A stretch of 64,000 bases of DNA, taken from the NCBI GenBank assembly GCA_951406725.2, contig OX597814.1, positions 184,884,001 through 184,948,000 of the forward strand, read 5' to 3'. Shown piece by piece: positions 14,526 to 28,879 of this stretch. The position numbers and the translations under genes were made by a program. Source of the DNA: Octopus vulgaris (lineage: Eukaryota). The notes beneath the pieces were generated by a model, which had not been told where the DNA came from, made no database searches, and was given only the letters and a program-made list of their open reading frames with translations. Positions within the stretch are counted from its first letter, which is position 1; each line of letters begins with the position of its first letter.

Positions 14526-15201
14526 GGTATTGTTGTTGTTGTTGTTAGTGATGGTGGTGGTGGTGGTGGTGGTGGTAGCGTTGGTAGTTATCGGAGTTAT
14601 AGTGATACAGGAGTAATGAGGTAAAGGTGTTGATGTCCATTTCGTTTGTGGTGGTCGTGCTGTAAATATGTGTGATTTTTGATAGTGCTATTAGCACTTG
14701 ACTTATTGATTTTTAACCATTTATCAATTAGGGATGCAATTCAAGTGAGGATGTAGTAATTATGGAACATTATAATTGATCAAAACATTTATCATCACTA
14801 TGAGTGCATTAGAAAAGTCACTAAACGATTTAACACCGATGTTGTGCACTATTTCTAATATCCTCTTCATATTTATAGACGCCCAAACTGAAAGCGCTCG
14901 GAAATTATCACGTAATATTAGGGTGAGGTGCCAACTATTCTCAATTCAACAGAATAGATACAAAATTAATAGCCTTAATCAAAACTAAGTACTTATTATT
15001 GAAGCAGGATTTGTGAAATGCCATACAAATATGCATTAAAATTGGGTGGGTGTCCGGAAGTTTATGCTGCGCAGTTGCCTCACTGCTGTCCATCTGGACG
15101 TATGGGTGTATATGTCTACACATATGCGTATCTGTGGGTCATTTCACTGACTCTTGGATGGGGCTAAAACATGGGATATAATGGTGATAATGGTGAGAGG
15201 C

Positions 15202-15234
<33 letters not shown>

Positions 15235-15376
15235 TGGGAGAAAGGGAAAAGAGAGACAGGTGGAAAAAAGAAATATATTTCTGTCTGTGTGTATGTATAT
15301 ATTTCCGTGTGCGACAGCATTGACTGCCTTACCTGCAATGTTCCTATTTCTGTTTGTATAATGGTTATAGATACAT

Positions 15377-15605
15377 ATATTTCTTTATTACCCACAAGGA
15401 GCAAAACATAGGACAAACAAGGACAGACAAAGGTATTAAGTCAATTACATCGACCCCAGTGTGTAACTGGTACTTAATTTATCGATCTCGAAAGGATGAA
15501 TGGCAAAGTCGACCTCGGTGAAATTTGAACTCAGAACGTAACGGCAGACGAAATACCGCTAAGCATCTCGTCCGACGTGCTAACGTTTCTGCCTGCTCGC
15601 CGCCT
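15377..15605 (-). mobile_element. Family-B SINE
   Basis: TSD TATAATGGTTATAGATA. Confidence 0.9.
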
Positions 15606-15869
15606 TATAATGGTTATAGATATATAGCAATAAACTGTTGTTAATTTTCTGTTCTGATTAGATAGGATAATTCTGATTAGATATAGGATAAGCATAAATA
15701 ACTATTGCTTTTTGAACGAGCATTGTTTCACTAAAATTATTGGCGTACATTTTTTAAAAACTCTACTAGATCGCAAATATATTTGTCTGAAGCGAACCAC
15801 AGACCCAGCAATACCTGACACCAACTGGGTTTCGTATAATATAGTAATTTTAGATACTCCTTTGCTACT

Positions 15870-16074
15870 ATTTACTGTTTTACTGTTTTACTTGTTTACT
15901 GGAGCACCGCCTTTAGTCGAGCAAATCGACCCCGGGACTTATTCTTTGTAAGCCTAGTGCTTATTCTATCGGTCTCTCTTGCCGAACCGCTAAGTTACGG
16001 GGACGTACGCATACCAGCATCGGTTGTCAAGTGACGTTGGGGGAACAAACACAGACACATAAACACACACACAC

Positions 16075-16118
<44 letters not shown>

Positions 16119-16281
16119 GACGGGCTTCTTTCAGTTTCCGTCTACCAAATCCACTCACAAGACTGTGGTCGGCCCGAAGCTATAGTAGAATACACTTGCC
16201 CAAAGTGCCACGCAGTGGGAATGAACCCGGACCATGTGGTTCGTAAGCAAACTACTTACCACGCAGCCACTCCTGCGCCTA
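15870..16281 (-). mobile_element. Family-A SINE
   Basis: Reverse-complement match. Confidence 0.9.
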
Positions 16282-16736
16282 TAAGTTACTGGCGATGAAA
16301 AATAATCCAATAATTCAGCATATATTTTAAAGCGGCATAAATGGCATAAGAGTAAGAGAGTATCGAAACCTTGCCATCCGTTCGGAATACAAGGCACTTG
16401 TCTCTTTCTCAACACCACAGTTGTGAATCATACCAATAGTATAATATATGTTTCAATTATTAAAGACCACGTTAAAGTAACGTGGCATTAGATAAAATTC
16501 AGATCTAAGGAATCAACAATATATTATACAAGATGCTTTCAAATGAAACTTGCTAGTATTTTTATGTCATCAATTTCTACCATATTTATTCGGAATCATT
16601 ACAAATTCTATAGCAGTAAATTTGTGTATAATTATTTCAACCAAAGAATTTCTAATAACTTTAGTTTGCTCAGAAGCCTGAAATTAGTATACATCATTCG
16701 CAGAACAAATAAATCAACGTTGAAATATAATCAGAT

Positions 16737-16791
<55 letters not shown>

Positions 16792-16870
16792 ATACTTATA
16801 TGTGTATATATGTCTGTCTGTGTATTTCTGTCTATATATATGTGTGACTCTCTCTCTCTCTCTCTCTCTC

Positions 16871-16916
<46 letters not shown>

Positions 16917-17428
16917 CATATACAAACATATACAAACTCTTATATACAGATATACGAGCACGTGCACACACACCTACATATCCACATATACATTTATAGC
17001 CATTAAGAAGAATATATTATAAAATGTACTTTAATCTTGTTTCTCAACATTTGTAAATTGTCAGTGAGACAGTACCATTTATACAAAAGATTACTGTTTA
17101 ATTCATGATTAACCATTTAGCTCTTGATAGACAAACTTTCTAAATATTTATTAAATGTTGAAAGAAAATCACTCCTTTATTAATTCATTTTCATTTTTTA
17201 ATATTTTTTATAATTTTCTCATTACAGTTAAAAGGCTAGGTGTCTTTGGAATATTAAATAAGAAAATATGTAGCATACAGCATTTAAGAAGATACAAATA
17301 GAGTAAAATCTCTCATAAGATTTTTGAAAAATATGCGTATCCTATGACTTTGAAAGTGTCTTGTGTCATATATAATTTATACTGAAAATTGCTCCTCCCA
17401 GTTTCCATGTTGGTAAAATATTAACTGA

Positions 17429-17735
17429 CTAGCACTATGACCCAGCAACGCCGGGTCATAGTGCTAGTGCATGCATATACAGCTGCGTGCGGGCGTGTAC
17501 TGTCCAAATCTCCGACCAATCACATACAGCTAGCTGGCATTCAGTTGGTGTATCAAGTTTCGGGGAATTTTGATTGGGTTTTGGATAGAAAATTCACAAA
17601 AAGTCACTTCTATTGATTTTTTAATGGCTTTACGGGGTGACTAGGGAAATGTAAAGATGTGCACGACCACCCTTGGACGGTTTTAAATGATCAAGGACAC
17701 ACACACAGACATTTTGCCGTTTATATATAGAGAGA
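17429..17735 (-). mobile_element. Non-autonomous Helitron-like element (same family as 63635-63977)
   Basis: Same termini, hairpin ACTAGCACTATGACCC...GGGTCATAGTGCTAGT, and collinear internal sequence. Confidence 0.8.
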
Positions 17736-18351
17736 TATCTAGATAGGACTATTGGAATGACAATGTACGGTATGGATTAAGAGCACCTTTTAAGCTCTAA
17801 CGCATCTATTTTTCGCATTAAACGAGAACTAACTACATTGTTACAATAAATATATAATCCTTTCTACTCGGGGCACATGTCCTGGAAATTGGTGGGAGTG
17901 GCTAGTCCATTACATCTACCCCGAATGGCCCTTATTTTATAGGACGAAAGGACGAAAGACAAAGTTGACCTCGGTGGTATTTGAACACAGAAAAAACCGG
18001 AGGAGATGCAGCGAGGTATTTTGTCCGATTCTACCGGCTCGACGTCTTATATGCATGCAATGAAAGATTACAGTCAAACTGAATGGCTACTAGCTGATAT
18101 AGCCAAACTACTGTCACTGTGTCGAATAATAAACCAGGAAGGACTTCTACTGAATATTAAAAGTCAATGAAATTCTTGTTACTTATGAACTGAATCTAAG
18201 TTTGAATAATCTAGATCATCCTGACTTGAGTGATTTTGCCTAGGACTCAGAGCATTAATGCTGGTCATCAGTTTTAAATAAATGGATTCTGAGCTATTAA
18301 GTAAAGAAAATAAATTATGGGTCAGTTTCAGTAAATAAACTGTGAATCTAT

Positions 18352-18525
18352 AGGTGCAGGAGTGGCTCTGTGGTAAGTAGCTTGCTTACCAACCACATGG
18401 TTCAGGGTTCAGTCCCACTGCGTGGAGCCTTGGGCAAGTGTCTTCTACAATAGCCTCGGGCAGATCATAGCCTTGTGAGTGGATTTGGTAGACGGAAACT
18501 GAAAAAAGCCTGTCGTATATATGCA

Positions 18526-18556
<31 letters not shown>

Positions 18557-18768
18557 ATTTATGTGTCCGTGTTTGTCCTCCCAACATCACTTGACAACCG
18601 ACGCCGGTGTGTTTACGTCCTCGTAACTTAGCGGTTCGGCAAAAGAGACCGATAGAATAAGTACTAAGCTTACAAAGAATAAGTCCTGGGGTTGGTTTTC
18701 TCGACTAAAGGTGGTGCTCCAGCATGCTGCAGTCAAATGACTGAAACAAGTAAAAGAGTAAAAGAGTA
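18352..18768 (+). mobile_element. Family-A SINE
   Basis: Full-length match. Confidence 0.9.
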
Positions 18769-19774
18769 ATTACCCCAGTATGCTAAGGTACTTAAACTCT
18801 AAAGAACAGGTGCTCTGTATTCGTAGTTCTTTACATTAAAAGCATCTATGCAATAAAATGGTTTTTTCTTAAAGGAAAAACAATTGAAATTTGTCTGAAA
18901 GATATAAAGGTAATGTACATAAATGTATGTAGCTATATTATATTAAAGAAAAAGCAATCAGTTACTTTCTCTAAGTATGTTGATATTAGTATCAAAGGTG
19001 TATAAATTCCGCATTCATGAATTATTTATAGCCCTTATGAAGTATATATAACTCTGATGTTAATGTTGCCGAATACTTTCTATAAATGTTAAGAAAGAGC
19101 TGATTTAATTAGCGAGATGTTGTCCTTAGCGCACATGTTATTGATTCGTAAACCAGTCTTAGTATTGTAATAGATACCGTAATTTCCAAGGCTGATACAG
19201 AGAGCTGAAATAAATGATTTATAGCTATGTTTTTGAAGCTGTACCTCTCTCAATTAACGACCTGACAGTTTGAAGCTGTATCATCCTCAATTAACAACCT
19301 GACGTAATTAAATAAGCTTCTTCTTTCAGCGAAACAGAAAAAAAATATATATATAGATATACCTGAAAAATACTAAGTAACGTATTTTCTCTGAGAAAAG
19401 CAATATTTCACTTCATCAAAATTTATTTTGTTTTTGCTGATGATATAGAAGGACGAAATTGGTACGAGCAACAGTCAGCCGGATTAGATGCGTTACATGC
19501 GTTACATCCGATTTTCATTTGAACATGAAGCAAAAACAAGTAAAGTACAGAAGAAACAGTATATCATTAGTCTCATCCTTTATACATCATTAATCTTCAG
19601 TCAAATTAAAACTCTGAGTAGAATTTTATACAGTTAACGGTTTAATATATACTAATGAAATAGCTGAGAAAGATACGGTTCTGAACTACCACCTCCAAAG
19701 TTTCCAGTTTGAATCCATTAAAAGCACTTTGTTGAGTATTTGGCAATCATTATCAAAACTACATGTTACAGTAT

Positions 19775-19937
19775 AGGCGCAGGAGTGGCTGTGTGGTAAG
19801 TAGCTTGCTAACCAACCACATGGTTCCGGGTTCAGTCCCACTGCGTGGCATCTTGGGCAAGTGTCTTCTGCTATAGCCCCGGGCCGACCAATGCCTTGTG
19901 AGTGGATTTGGTAGACGGAAACTGAAAGAAGCCTGTC

Positions 19938-20009
<72 letters not shown>

Positions 20010-20222
20010 TTGTGTGTCTGTGTTTGTCCCCCTAGCATTGCTTAACAACCGATGCTGGTGTGTTTACGTCCCCGTCACTTAGCGGTTCGGCAAAAGAGAC
20101 CGATAGAATAAGTACTGGGCTTACAAAAGAATAAGTCCCGGGGTCGAGTTGCTCGATTAAAGGTGGTGCTCCAGCATGGCCGCAGTCAAATGACTGAAAC
20201 AAGTAAAAGAGTAAAAGAGTAA
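19775..20222 (+). mobile_element. Family-A SINE
   Basis: Full-length match. Confidence 0.9.
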
Positions 20223-20242
20223 TGAGTTCACTTAATTTCGTG

Positions 20243-21185
20243 CAGCGGTTCTCAACCATTTTTTTTTCTACTTTTTTATCTATGGACCCCTATGATTATT
20301 ACCTTACTCTGGTGAACCCCCATAGCCATTCAGTGTACAAAAACTAGTTTTATACTAAACTTCTTTCAAAATTTCAATTTTGTTTATCACACGTTAAATT
20401 GTATAGGTTTGCAATAGTGCTTTCTGATCTCTGAGAGAACATGTTTCCGTGGCTTGAAGCACGTTAAGCTATGTAAACTGTTAAAGAATGAAATTTAGCT
20501 GTTGCTTGCAATAAATACATCTAATACAAAGTATTTTTCATGGACCCTTCAAAATACTATTGTAAGTTCCCAATTTACTATTTTGCTTGTGTGGACCCCA
20601 AAATCTTATATGGACCCACAAGCGTCGTATGGACCCTGATTGACCATGAAACCTAACTCTTGCTTGCAATAAATACATCTAAAACAAAATATTTTTCTAA
20701 AATAGAAATATCATTATTTCTAATTCTCTCTAAAGGAGACTACGGCAGTGGTACTGGATATTAATAGTTATCGCCAAGCTAACATGGCAGTTCAGAAAAA
20801 CAGGACGAATGCTGCCGTTGATTTGCTCCAAGAGGCCATCGCCTCTAGCTAGCTATGTGGCAGACAAACCTCTGTCGAAACTAGTCTGTGGATGCCTGAC
20901 CAGCAAGGGGGAGCTGCTGACCTCTCCTGTTCGAAGGTTATAATGGACATAGGTTTGTGTGTCACATAGCTAGCTAGGGGTAATGGCCTCCTGGAGCTAA
21001 TCAACGACAGCATTCGTCCTATCTTCTGGACTACCATGTTAGCTTGGCGATAACTATTAAAATAGTTTTCATGGACCTTATAAAATACTGCTGTAGATTC
21101 CCAATTTATAATTTTGCTTGTGAAGACACCCAAAGTCTTATATGGACCCCCAGGCGTCATGTGGGCGCTAGTTGAGAACCATTGA
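20243..21185. mobile_element. hAT (Charlie-like) MITE with duplicated right end and a nested fold-back element
   Basis: Ends CAGCGGTTCTCAAC / GTTGAGAACCATTG, with repeated TGGACCC subterminal motifs. About 20490-20648 is repeated at 20650-20697 plus 21061-21185. Confidence 0.7.
20761..21060. mobile_element. Fold-back/MITE with about 117-bp imperfect inverted arms, TTAA at both ends
   Basis: 20761-20878 is the reverse complement of about 20944-21060. Confidence 0.75.
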
Positions 21186-21434
21186 TTTAGAGAATATGTA
21201 TCCCCAGGTCGTGTGAAATGCCACTTGTGATAGAAACACTATCCAGATAAATAGTATGCTTGTCCTTCCGTAATTATGTAATTTTTTGAAGCTAAAACCA
21301 ATCAACAAGTCTTTAATGTTATAATCAGGGATGATGATTCGTGTATACATATAATATAGTCAGTTTCAGTGATATACTGTATTCGGGTTGGATCGTAAAA
21401 CTGTCGAGTTACTTCCCAGAATAGAATAAATACC

Positions 21435-21673
21435 ATTTGTTGTTGCTCTCGTTGACGATGATGATGATGATGAGCATAATGATAATGATGATTATGGCGG
21501 TAGTATTAGTGACGCTGATGGTGGTGGTTGTAGTAAAGCTGATGTTATTGTTGTTGTTGTTGGTGGTGGTGGTGGTGGTGATAATGGTGGTGGCGATGAT
21601 GATGATGACGACCATGATGATGATGGTGGTGATGATGGTGATGATGGTGGTGATGATGATGATGATGATGATG

Positions 21674-21705
<32 letters not shown>

Positions 21706-21760
21706 TATCATTTTCATGATCATCATCATGGCATCACTACCCATGATGATGATGATGATG
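21435..21760. repeat. (GAT)/(GGT) then (CAT)n field
   Basis: Direct inspection. Confidence 0.9.
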
Positions 21761-21952
21761 TATCAACACAATTAAGGCGTTAACATACATAATATAATAA
21801 GCCAAGAAATATAGATTTATTCAAATAAAATTACAAACTTTACATGACGTGTGAGAATATCATTATGATTATGTAAATGACAAATTCTAGGCTAAAAAAA
21901 AACAGAAAAGAAATAAGGGAGAAAACCCTTAAATTTTAGTTAATATGAATTA

Positions 21953-22111
21953 AGTGGCTATGTGTTGTGGTAAGTAGGTTGCTTACTACCCACATGGTTT
22001 CGGGTTCAGTCCCATAGCGCGTAACATTGGGCAAATGTCTTCTGCTATAGCCTCGGGCCGACCAAAGCCTTGTGAGTGGATTTGGTAGACAGAAACCGAA
22101 AGAAGCTTGTC

Positions 22112-22161
<50 letters not shown>

Positions 22162-22365
22162 TTGTGTGTCTGTGTTTGTCTCCCCTAACATCGCTTGACA
22201 ACCGATATTGGTGTATTTACATCCCCGTAACTTAGCGTTTCAGCAAAAAACCCAATAGAAGAAATACTAGGCTTACAACGAATAAGTCCTTGGGTCGATT
22301 TCTTCGACTAAAGGCGATGCTCCGGCATGGCCGCTGTCAAACGCCTGAAACAAATTAAAGAATAG
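21953..22365 (+). mobile_element. Family-A SINE (diverged)
   Basis: Collinear match. Confidence 0.85.
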
Positions 22366-22870
22366 AATGCAATATGGCGGTGCAGACAAAAATATACATG
22401 TTGCTGACCACGTAGAATTAGCAATCCATTGATCACTCAAGGTGAATCAACAAGATTAACATATTATATAGTGGATACAAATCAATATACTATATACCAA
22501 CTACACACATTCTCAGTCCCGCTCCCTCTAGTATCATAATTAGCGAAAATAAATGATTTAATATCTCACTACTTTCGTTTCCATTTTAAGTATGTGCAAA
22601 AACAGAAATAGCGATTCTACTTAGCTTTCATGGCGTTCGTAAACACACGAGAAGTATTTGTGCATTGCAACATTTGTGATAAACATCAGAGAGCAGAGCA
22701 GGGCTTTGGGCTGAAGATTAATTTATAACCGTCAAAGCGCAGATGGAATACACATTTATTATCTATCTGGAAGCTATGAACGAGATTTAAATCTAGCGTT
22801 GTTCATTTTCATTTGATGCTGCACACTTCTTCAATTAGGATACATACATACATACATACATACATACATG

Positions 22871-22921
<51 letters not shown>

Positions 22922-23694
22922 GTATATATGTTTGTCTATAAGTGACGTATGTGCGTATGCATGAATGTATGTCTTGCTCGGGAAGTAATTTTAAACATGA
23001 AATATATTGTAATATTATTTGTTAAATATTGTTCGAGTTATTATCAGAGAAGACTGTTGCTTTTTGAGATCAATCAAGTTTACGTTTCTCTTCTTTCTTC
23101 CTCCACCTTTTCTCACTCTCTATATACACCACACACACACACAAACACGCACACACATACATAATACATACATACATATATACAGATGTGTGTGCATGTG
23201 TGTGTGTGTGTGTGTGTTTCTGTGTTTATTTGTCTAATTATCTCTCTATTTCTCTCTGACAATGTGTGTCTCTATTTGTATTTTAACTAATTCTTATCAT
23301 CATGATTGTCTGAGGAGAAAAATGGTGGTAGAGGTAGTGATAAAGGTGGTAATAGTGGTGGCGGTGGCGGTAGTGGTGGGTATCAGTTAGCTCAGTCTTT
23401 GTGTTTGATATGAAGCTCCAGGAGTTAAATCTCTAATCACTTTTGAGAAGACATGAGAAGGAGTAGTAAGGAGGTTTCATTAAAGCAGCAAAACTGAAAA
23501 CGAAAGACAGCCTTTGAATGGCTGGTATAAGCAAGAGAGACAGGCAAGTCAAGTAACAAAATGGGGTGGTTATCATTGACTCTATCATTATTTCTCTATT
23601 TCTCTCCCTCTTTCTCTCTCTCTCTCCATCTCTCTATCTCTCTGTCTATCTATCTGGCTAGCTAACTAGCTCTATCTCTCAGTTATCTCTTTGT

Positions 23695-23756
<62 letters not shown>

Positions 23757-25276
23757 TATATGTCTTTCTTTTCCTCCGTATCATTATGAATCATGAAAAG
23801 GAAGGATAGTTTATGATGAATGCAGAATATTACAGCTGTGCATACGTAACTAATTTCATTAAATTACTTTTATCAAAATCGTTCACGGCATGATCACAGG
23901 AAGTAGGAGTTAGTCTAGACATCGGCAACGACGCGCTGCAACGACAATTGACTGCAGCAATAGCAGCTGAATCGACGTAAACAACAACAACAACAACAAC
24001 AACTGATTGTTGCAGCAACATGACCAACAACATCATCATTAACATTAAACAACAATAATTGCAGCAATTACGTAACTGCAAGTCTCAATAACAACGACAG
24101 CCGTAACAGCCATCTTATCTTAAGAAGCCGTAAGACTGTAAAAACTGCTAACGATTTTACGAGAAGTTGCGATATTCATCCATTTTTTTAAAATATATAT
24201 TTTTTTTTATTGGTGTTTGTTTGCGTTAAAAGTTACCGAGCAGAAGAAGTCAAAAGCGAGATATAGATTTTGGCTTTTGCTAAGATAATCAGATTACCTA
24301 ACACTGAATGAATGTAACAGACAGAAATAACACAATGACACACGTTACGATAGCTTTACCATTAACAGCTGTTGTGGGCCTCGGTACCGAAGATGGGTAA
24401 CCTCTCGCCCTCGTGTGATATTTCTTGTACGTTCGAATTTGAAACCACTAGCTGATAAAGTATCAAGGAGATCAATATAAATCGAATCAATGTAATCAAA
24501 ACATTGGTTTTTTTTATGCCGTTAAACACCATCTTTATTAAGCACGCCTTTTGTTTTTGGTAATTTTATTTTCACCCAAATCAAGATTAGATGTACGTAT
24601 TATTATAGATGTTATGAGGCGGCAAAGATTTTGTAAACCGCCCACATTTACAGATTTTTTTTTTTTAGAGACAATTTAATTCTACTTTCCTGTTTCTTTG
24701 TATTTCAATGTTCTAATAAAATAAAGACATCTTCCTGTGTCTTATACCTTTCATGTCTATCTTAAACTGCCGCCGCCGCCGTCTCACACATCACTCTACT
24801 CTTATAGGATCAGCCTTTAACCTAAAAACAAAAAGAAAATCAAACAAAAACAAAAACAAAAAAAAACGAAGATTTTTACGATGTTGACTTGTCACCTCAA
24901 GGTAGATACGAAAGCTATAAATGAGGAAGTCCGCAAGAATTGGCCGGCCACTTCAGATGGTTTATGTCGACAGGAATTTGAACACATAGAAACAGAAATA
25001 TTATTTAGGCCTAAAATACCAGATGTTTCTTCTTCTCTGTTGCATATTAAATACGAAATCTTAAAGTAACTTACCTTCATATATGTATGTATGTATGTAT
25101 GTGTGTATGTATGTGTGTGTCCGGGAGAGAGAGAAAGAGAGAGAGAGAAAGAGAGTAAAATTAAACATTATTTATATTGCTCAGCGCAGATGCATTCTTA
25201 CAGATTCTTATGCATTTGCAATTCGATCGTGGCTGGTAGTAAAATTGTTTCCCACTTCAATATCAGCAATCTACAT

Positions 25277-25454
25277 CAGTGGTTCTTAACCATCTTATAC
25301 CTGTGAGCACATTTGATTCCTATTTTAGAATTTTTAATTGTTAGAATATGTTACGTATTTTAGATGTATAACTAATTTATTGCCCATAAACTTTAACAAC
25401 ATATTCATATATGGACCCCTAAAGGTGATACAGACCCCGGTTGAGAACATCTGA
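25277..25454. mobile_element. Short hAT-type MITE related to 20243-21185
   Basis: CAGTGGTTCTTAACC ... GGTTGAGAACATCTG, with a TATGGACCCC motif. Confidence 0.6.
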
Positions 25455-25969
25455 TCTACACGGTCACTTGAACTTTCAGAAACGACAGCCAAATCCTTCT
25501 CACATCACACCTACCGATTTAGAATTTTTTGTGCAACATAAACCTTGATGTATGACAAACAGACTATTTGGTAACGATTAAAACATTTTTGATCATGGAT
25601 CTGCTTGGTCAGAACGAACCCTGGACTCAAGAAAACCAAATATCATAGCAATATCTTCAACAATAACTACGACAGTGTGTGTCATGGTGACATAAGCATA
25701 TACACAGGGCAAGGGTTTTCAAAGATGTTATGGCTCTTTGGAAATACAGATGCATTCCATTAGATTGACTTTGATATTGTTTCCTTCCGTTCACTCAGCT
25801 TAGATCAAACCATGCCTCCTGTAGAAAGACACTTGTCCAATTTAATACTCAGAGAGATGAAAACAAGAACTTCAACGACAAGATTACCAGCAGGAATCTC
25901 CAGAACAGTAGCAATAACAACAAAACAACAATGAAACAGAAACAACAAATAACTAAGATTAAAATCATT

Positions 25970-26135
25970 AGGTGCAGGAGTGGATGTGTGGTAAGTAGCT
26001 TGCTTACCAACCACATGGTTGTGGGTTCAGTCCCATCGCGTGGCACCCTGGGCAAGTGTCTTCTACTATAGCTTCGGGAAAACCAAAGCCTTCTGAGTGG
26101 ATTTAGTAAACGGAAACTGAAAGAAGCCCGTCGTA

Positions 26136-26203
<68 letters not shown>

Positions 26204-26408
26204 TGTGTCTGTGTTTGTCCCACCAACATCGCTTGACAACCGATGCTGGTGTGTTTACATCCTCGTAACTTAGCGGTTCGGACAAAGAGACCGATAGAAT
26301 AAGTACTAGGCTTACAAAGAATAAGTCCTGGGGTCGATTTGAATCGACTAAAAGCGGTGCTCCAGCATGGTTGCACAGTCAAATGACTGAAACAAATAAA
26401 GAGTAAAA
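25970..26408 (+). mobile_element. Family-A SINE
   Basis: Full-length match. Confidence 0.9.
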
Positions 26409-27099
26409 TAACAGATAACGTGAGAATTTATCCCTGGTTATTCGATTTGCCAGAAATAACAGACAAATCTCTCTCAAATCATACACGCACAAAAAAGAGA
26501 GGGAACACATTGGCTTATGTTGTTCGGAGTACTGTATACCTGGAAAAATAAGACGGTATAGCCATGGTTGGATTATTATTGATCATAGGTTTACTTCATC
26601 AGAACCGACAACAAGGGTAGCAATCATGTCGTCGTCAGAAGCAATACCCTTTTCCCCTGGTGTAAATGCTGTAGTTCGTTGTTGTTGTAATCATCACCAT
26701 TGTTGCTTATGCCGCTGTCTTCTTCTTCTTCTTCTTCTTCTTCTTCTTCTTCTTCTTCTTCTTCTTCTTCTTCTTCTTCTTCTTCTTCTTCTTCTTCTTC
26801 TTCTTCTTCCAATCAGGACTCACGCTATTAGCCACAAAGAATAATCTCTAATTCGAGCCTACACTAAGCTACTAAGAATGCGTGTGGAAACTTGAATATC
26901 CACTCACCACACGCGATAGACTGGCGGTTGCACGGGCGCAAAAGTTACGTTGTTATCCTCATTCCGTAAACGGTGGCTTTTAACGGGTGGAGAGCTGAAC
27001 CATCCTGGGGTACAGAGGATTCGCAATCTAGACTAGGGTCTGAAATTTTACTATACCATCGTGGGTTACACCATGGTTCCTCTGGTTTGTGGCAGAAAT

Positions 27100-27287
27100 C
27101 GGAAGAAAGAGTGAGAGAAAATTGTGGTGAAAGAGTACAGCAGGGTTCACCACCACCCCCGCCGGAGTCTCGTGGAGCTTAGATGTTTTTGTTCAATAAA
27201 CACTGACAAAGCCCGGTCTGGGAATTGAAACCGCGTTCTTACGACTGCGAGTTCGCTGCCCTAACCACTGGGCCATTGTGCCTCCAC
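27100..27287 (-). mobile_element. Family-C SINE, 5' part
   Basis: Matches the head of 35230-35539. Confidence 0.8.
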
Positions 27288-27549
27288 TGATGCTGTTGTT
27301 ATTCTCATCGTCGTTATTGGTGCTGCTGCTATTGTTGCTGTTGTTACTGCCGTTGACCTCGTTATTATTATTGTTGTTGTTGTTTTTGTTGATGATGATG
27401 ATGATGATGCTCTTGTTCTTGCTGTTGCCGTCGTAGTGGTCGATATTATTGTTGCAGTTGTTGTCGCAGTCGTTATTGTGTTTGTTGCTGTTCATGACCT
27501 CGTTGTCGGTATAGTTGTTGTTGTTGTCGTCGCCGTCGTCATCGTCGTC

Positions 27550-27582
<33 letters not shown>

Positions 27583-28224
27583 AATTGTTATTCAGCGAGC
27601 ACGACTCACCGTTGCAAATGGTGGACCTGAATCGAAGAACAACAACACTTCCGCAAACGAATCCAATCGTCGTTTTACACCCAGCCAACCAACCAACCAA
27701 CCAATCAACCAACCAACCAACCAGCCAACCAACCACCCACCCTCGTTCCATACCCCGCCCCATCACGTCCTACAAAGACACCCCCATCTCTCCCCCATCT
27801 CTTTCTACTATACTCATAACGCCGACCCTCCCTGAACGGCTGCAACAACCATCTCCAGAACCTCCTTATATATTGTCTCCTCATCTCCTCATCTCCTCAT
27901 CTCTATTTTTTTTATCCCCTCTTGGACACGCCCATCTTACGTTTCCTGTCGTCCTCAATAAATCTTGATTGTTCACACATAGACACAGTCGCCAATACAC
28001 TTGCAGACATGTGATTACAGTACATGCGACGGATATGTGACATTTATGAAGACTATACACATGTACAGTCATATACAGTCATCCGTTACCAAAACGACAC
28101 CACTACCACCACCACCACCACGCACACATGCATATGCATGCACACGCGCACGACGCACATATATAATTCATATAGATATGAATGTACACATACACACATA
28201 TCTAAGCGTATATAAAGCTAGATC

Positions 28225-28287
<63 letters not shown>

Positions 28288-28486
28288 TATATGAATGAAG
28301 AGTTCTTTGTATTGCCTGTCTCGTTTCTCTATTTGTTTCTTTCGTTGTTCGAAAAAAGTTCGTTTTCCATGCTTTTGTTTTTCATGTTCTCGTTTCTCAT
28401 TTTGTTCATGTTTTTTATGTACTGTACCCATGTATGCATGTATATATACGTATATATGTAGGCATGTACATGTATGTGTGTATATA

Positions 28487-28528
<42 letters not shown>

Positions 28529-28879
28529 CGAACGCCACGCATCTATTTCCAAGTAAGTTTTATCTTAATAATTCCGATGCGCACTCTACAACCTATCTTT
28601 ATTCTATCTCCCCCCTCTTGTTCTTCTTTCTTTCTGTTTTTCTCTCCCACTCTTTCTCTAATTCTTCTCCTCTCCCCTTCACCGTTGCCTCTCTCTCTAT
28701 CTCTCTCTCTCTATCTCTCTCTCTCACTCATTCTTCCTTAACTCTCTCGCTCACACGTGACCAACGGCTATCTGTCTTTCAATCTTCCACTTCCTTCCTA
28801 AAGATAGGACGTGATTTTGCTTGTCTCTTCTCAAAGCTCTCCTTGAGCAAAAATCTGAAATCAGTACATGTCCAGTCTA

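Noticed and set aside
19437-19475. CTGATGA...GAAAT hammerhead-like words (also 5579-5610, 56220-56300, 59245-59355)
   Set aside because: Stems I and II do not pair properly, so these are chance or too degenerate to call.
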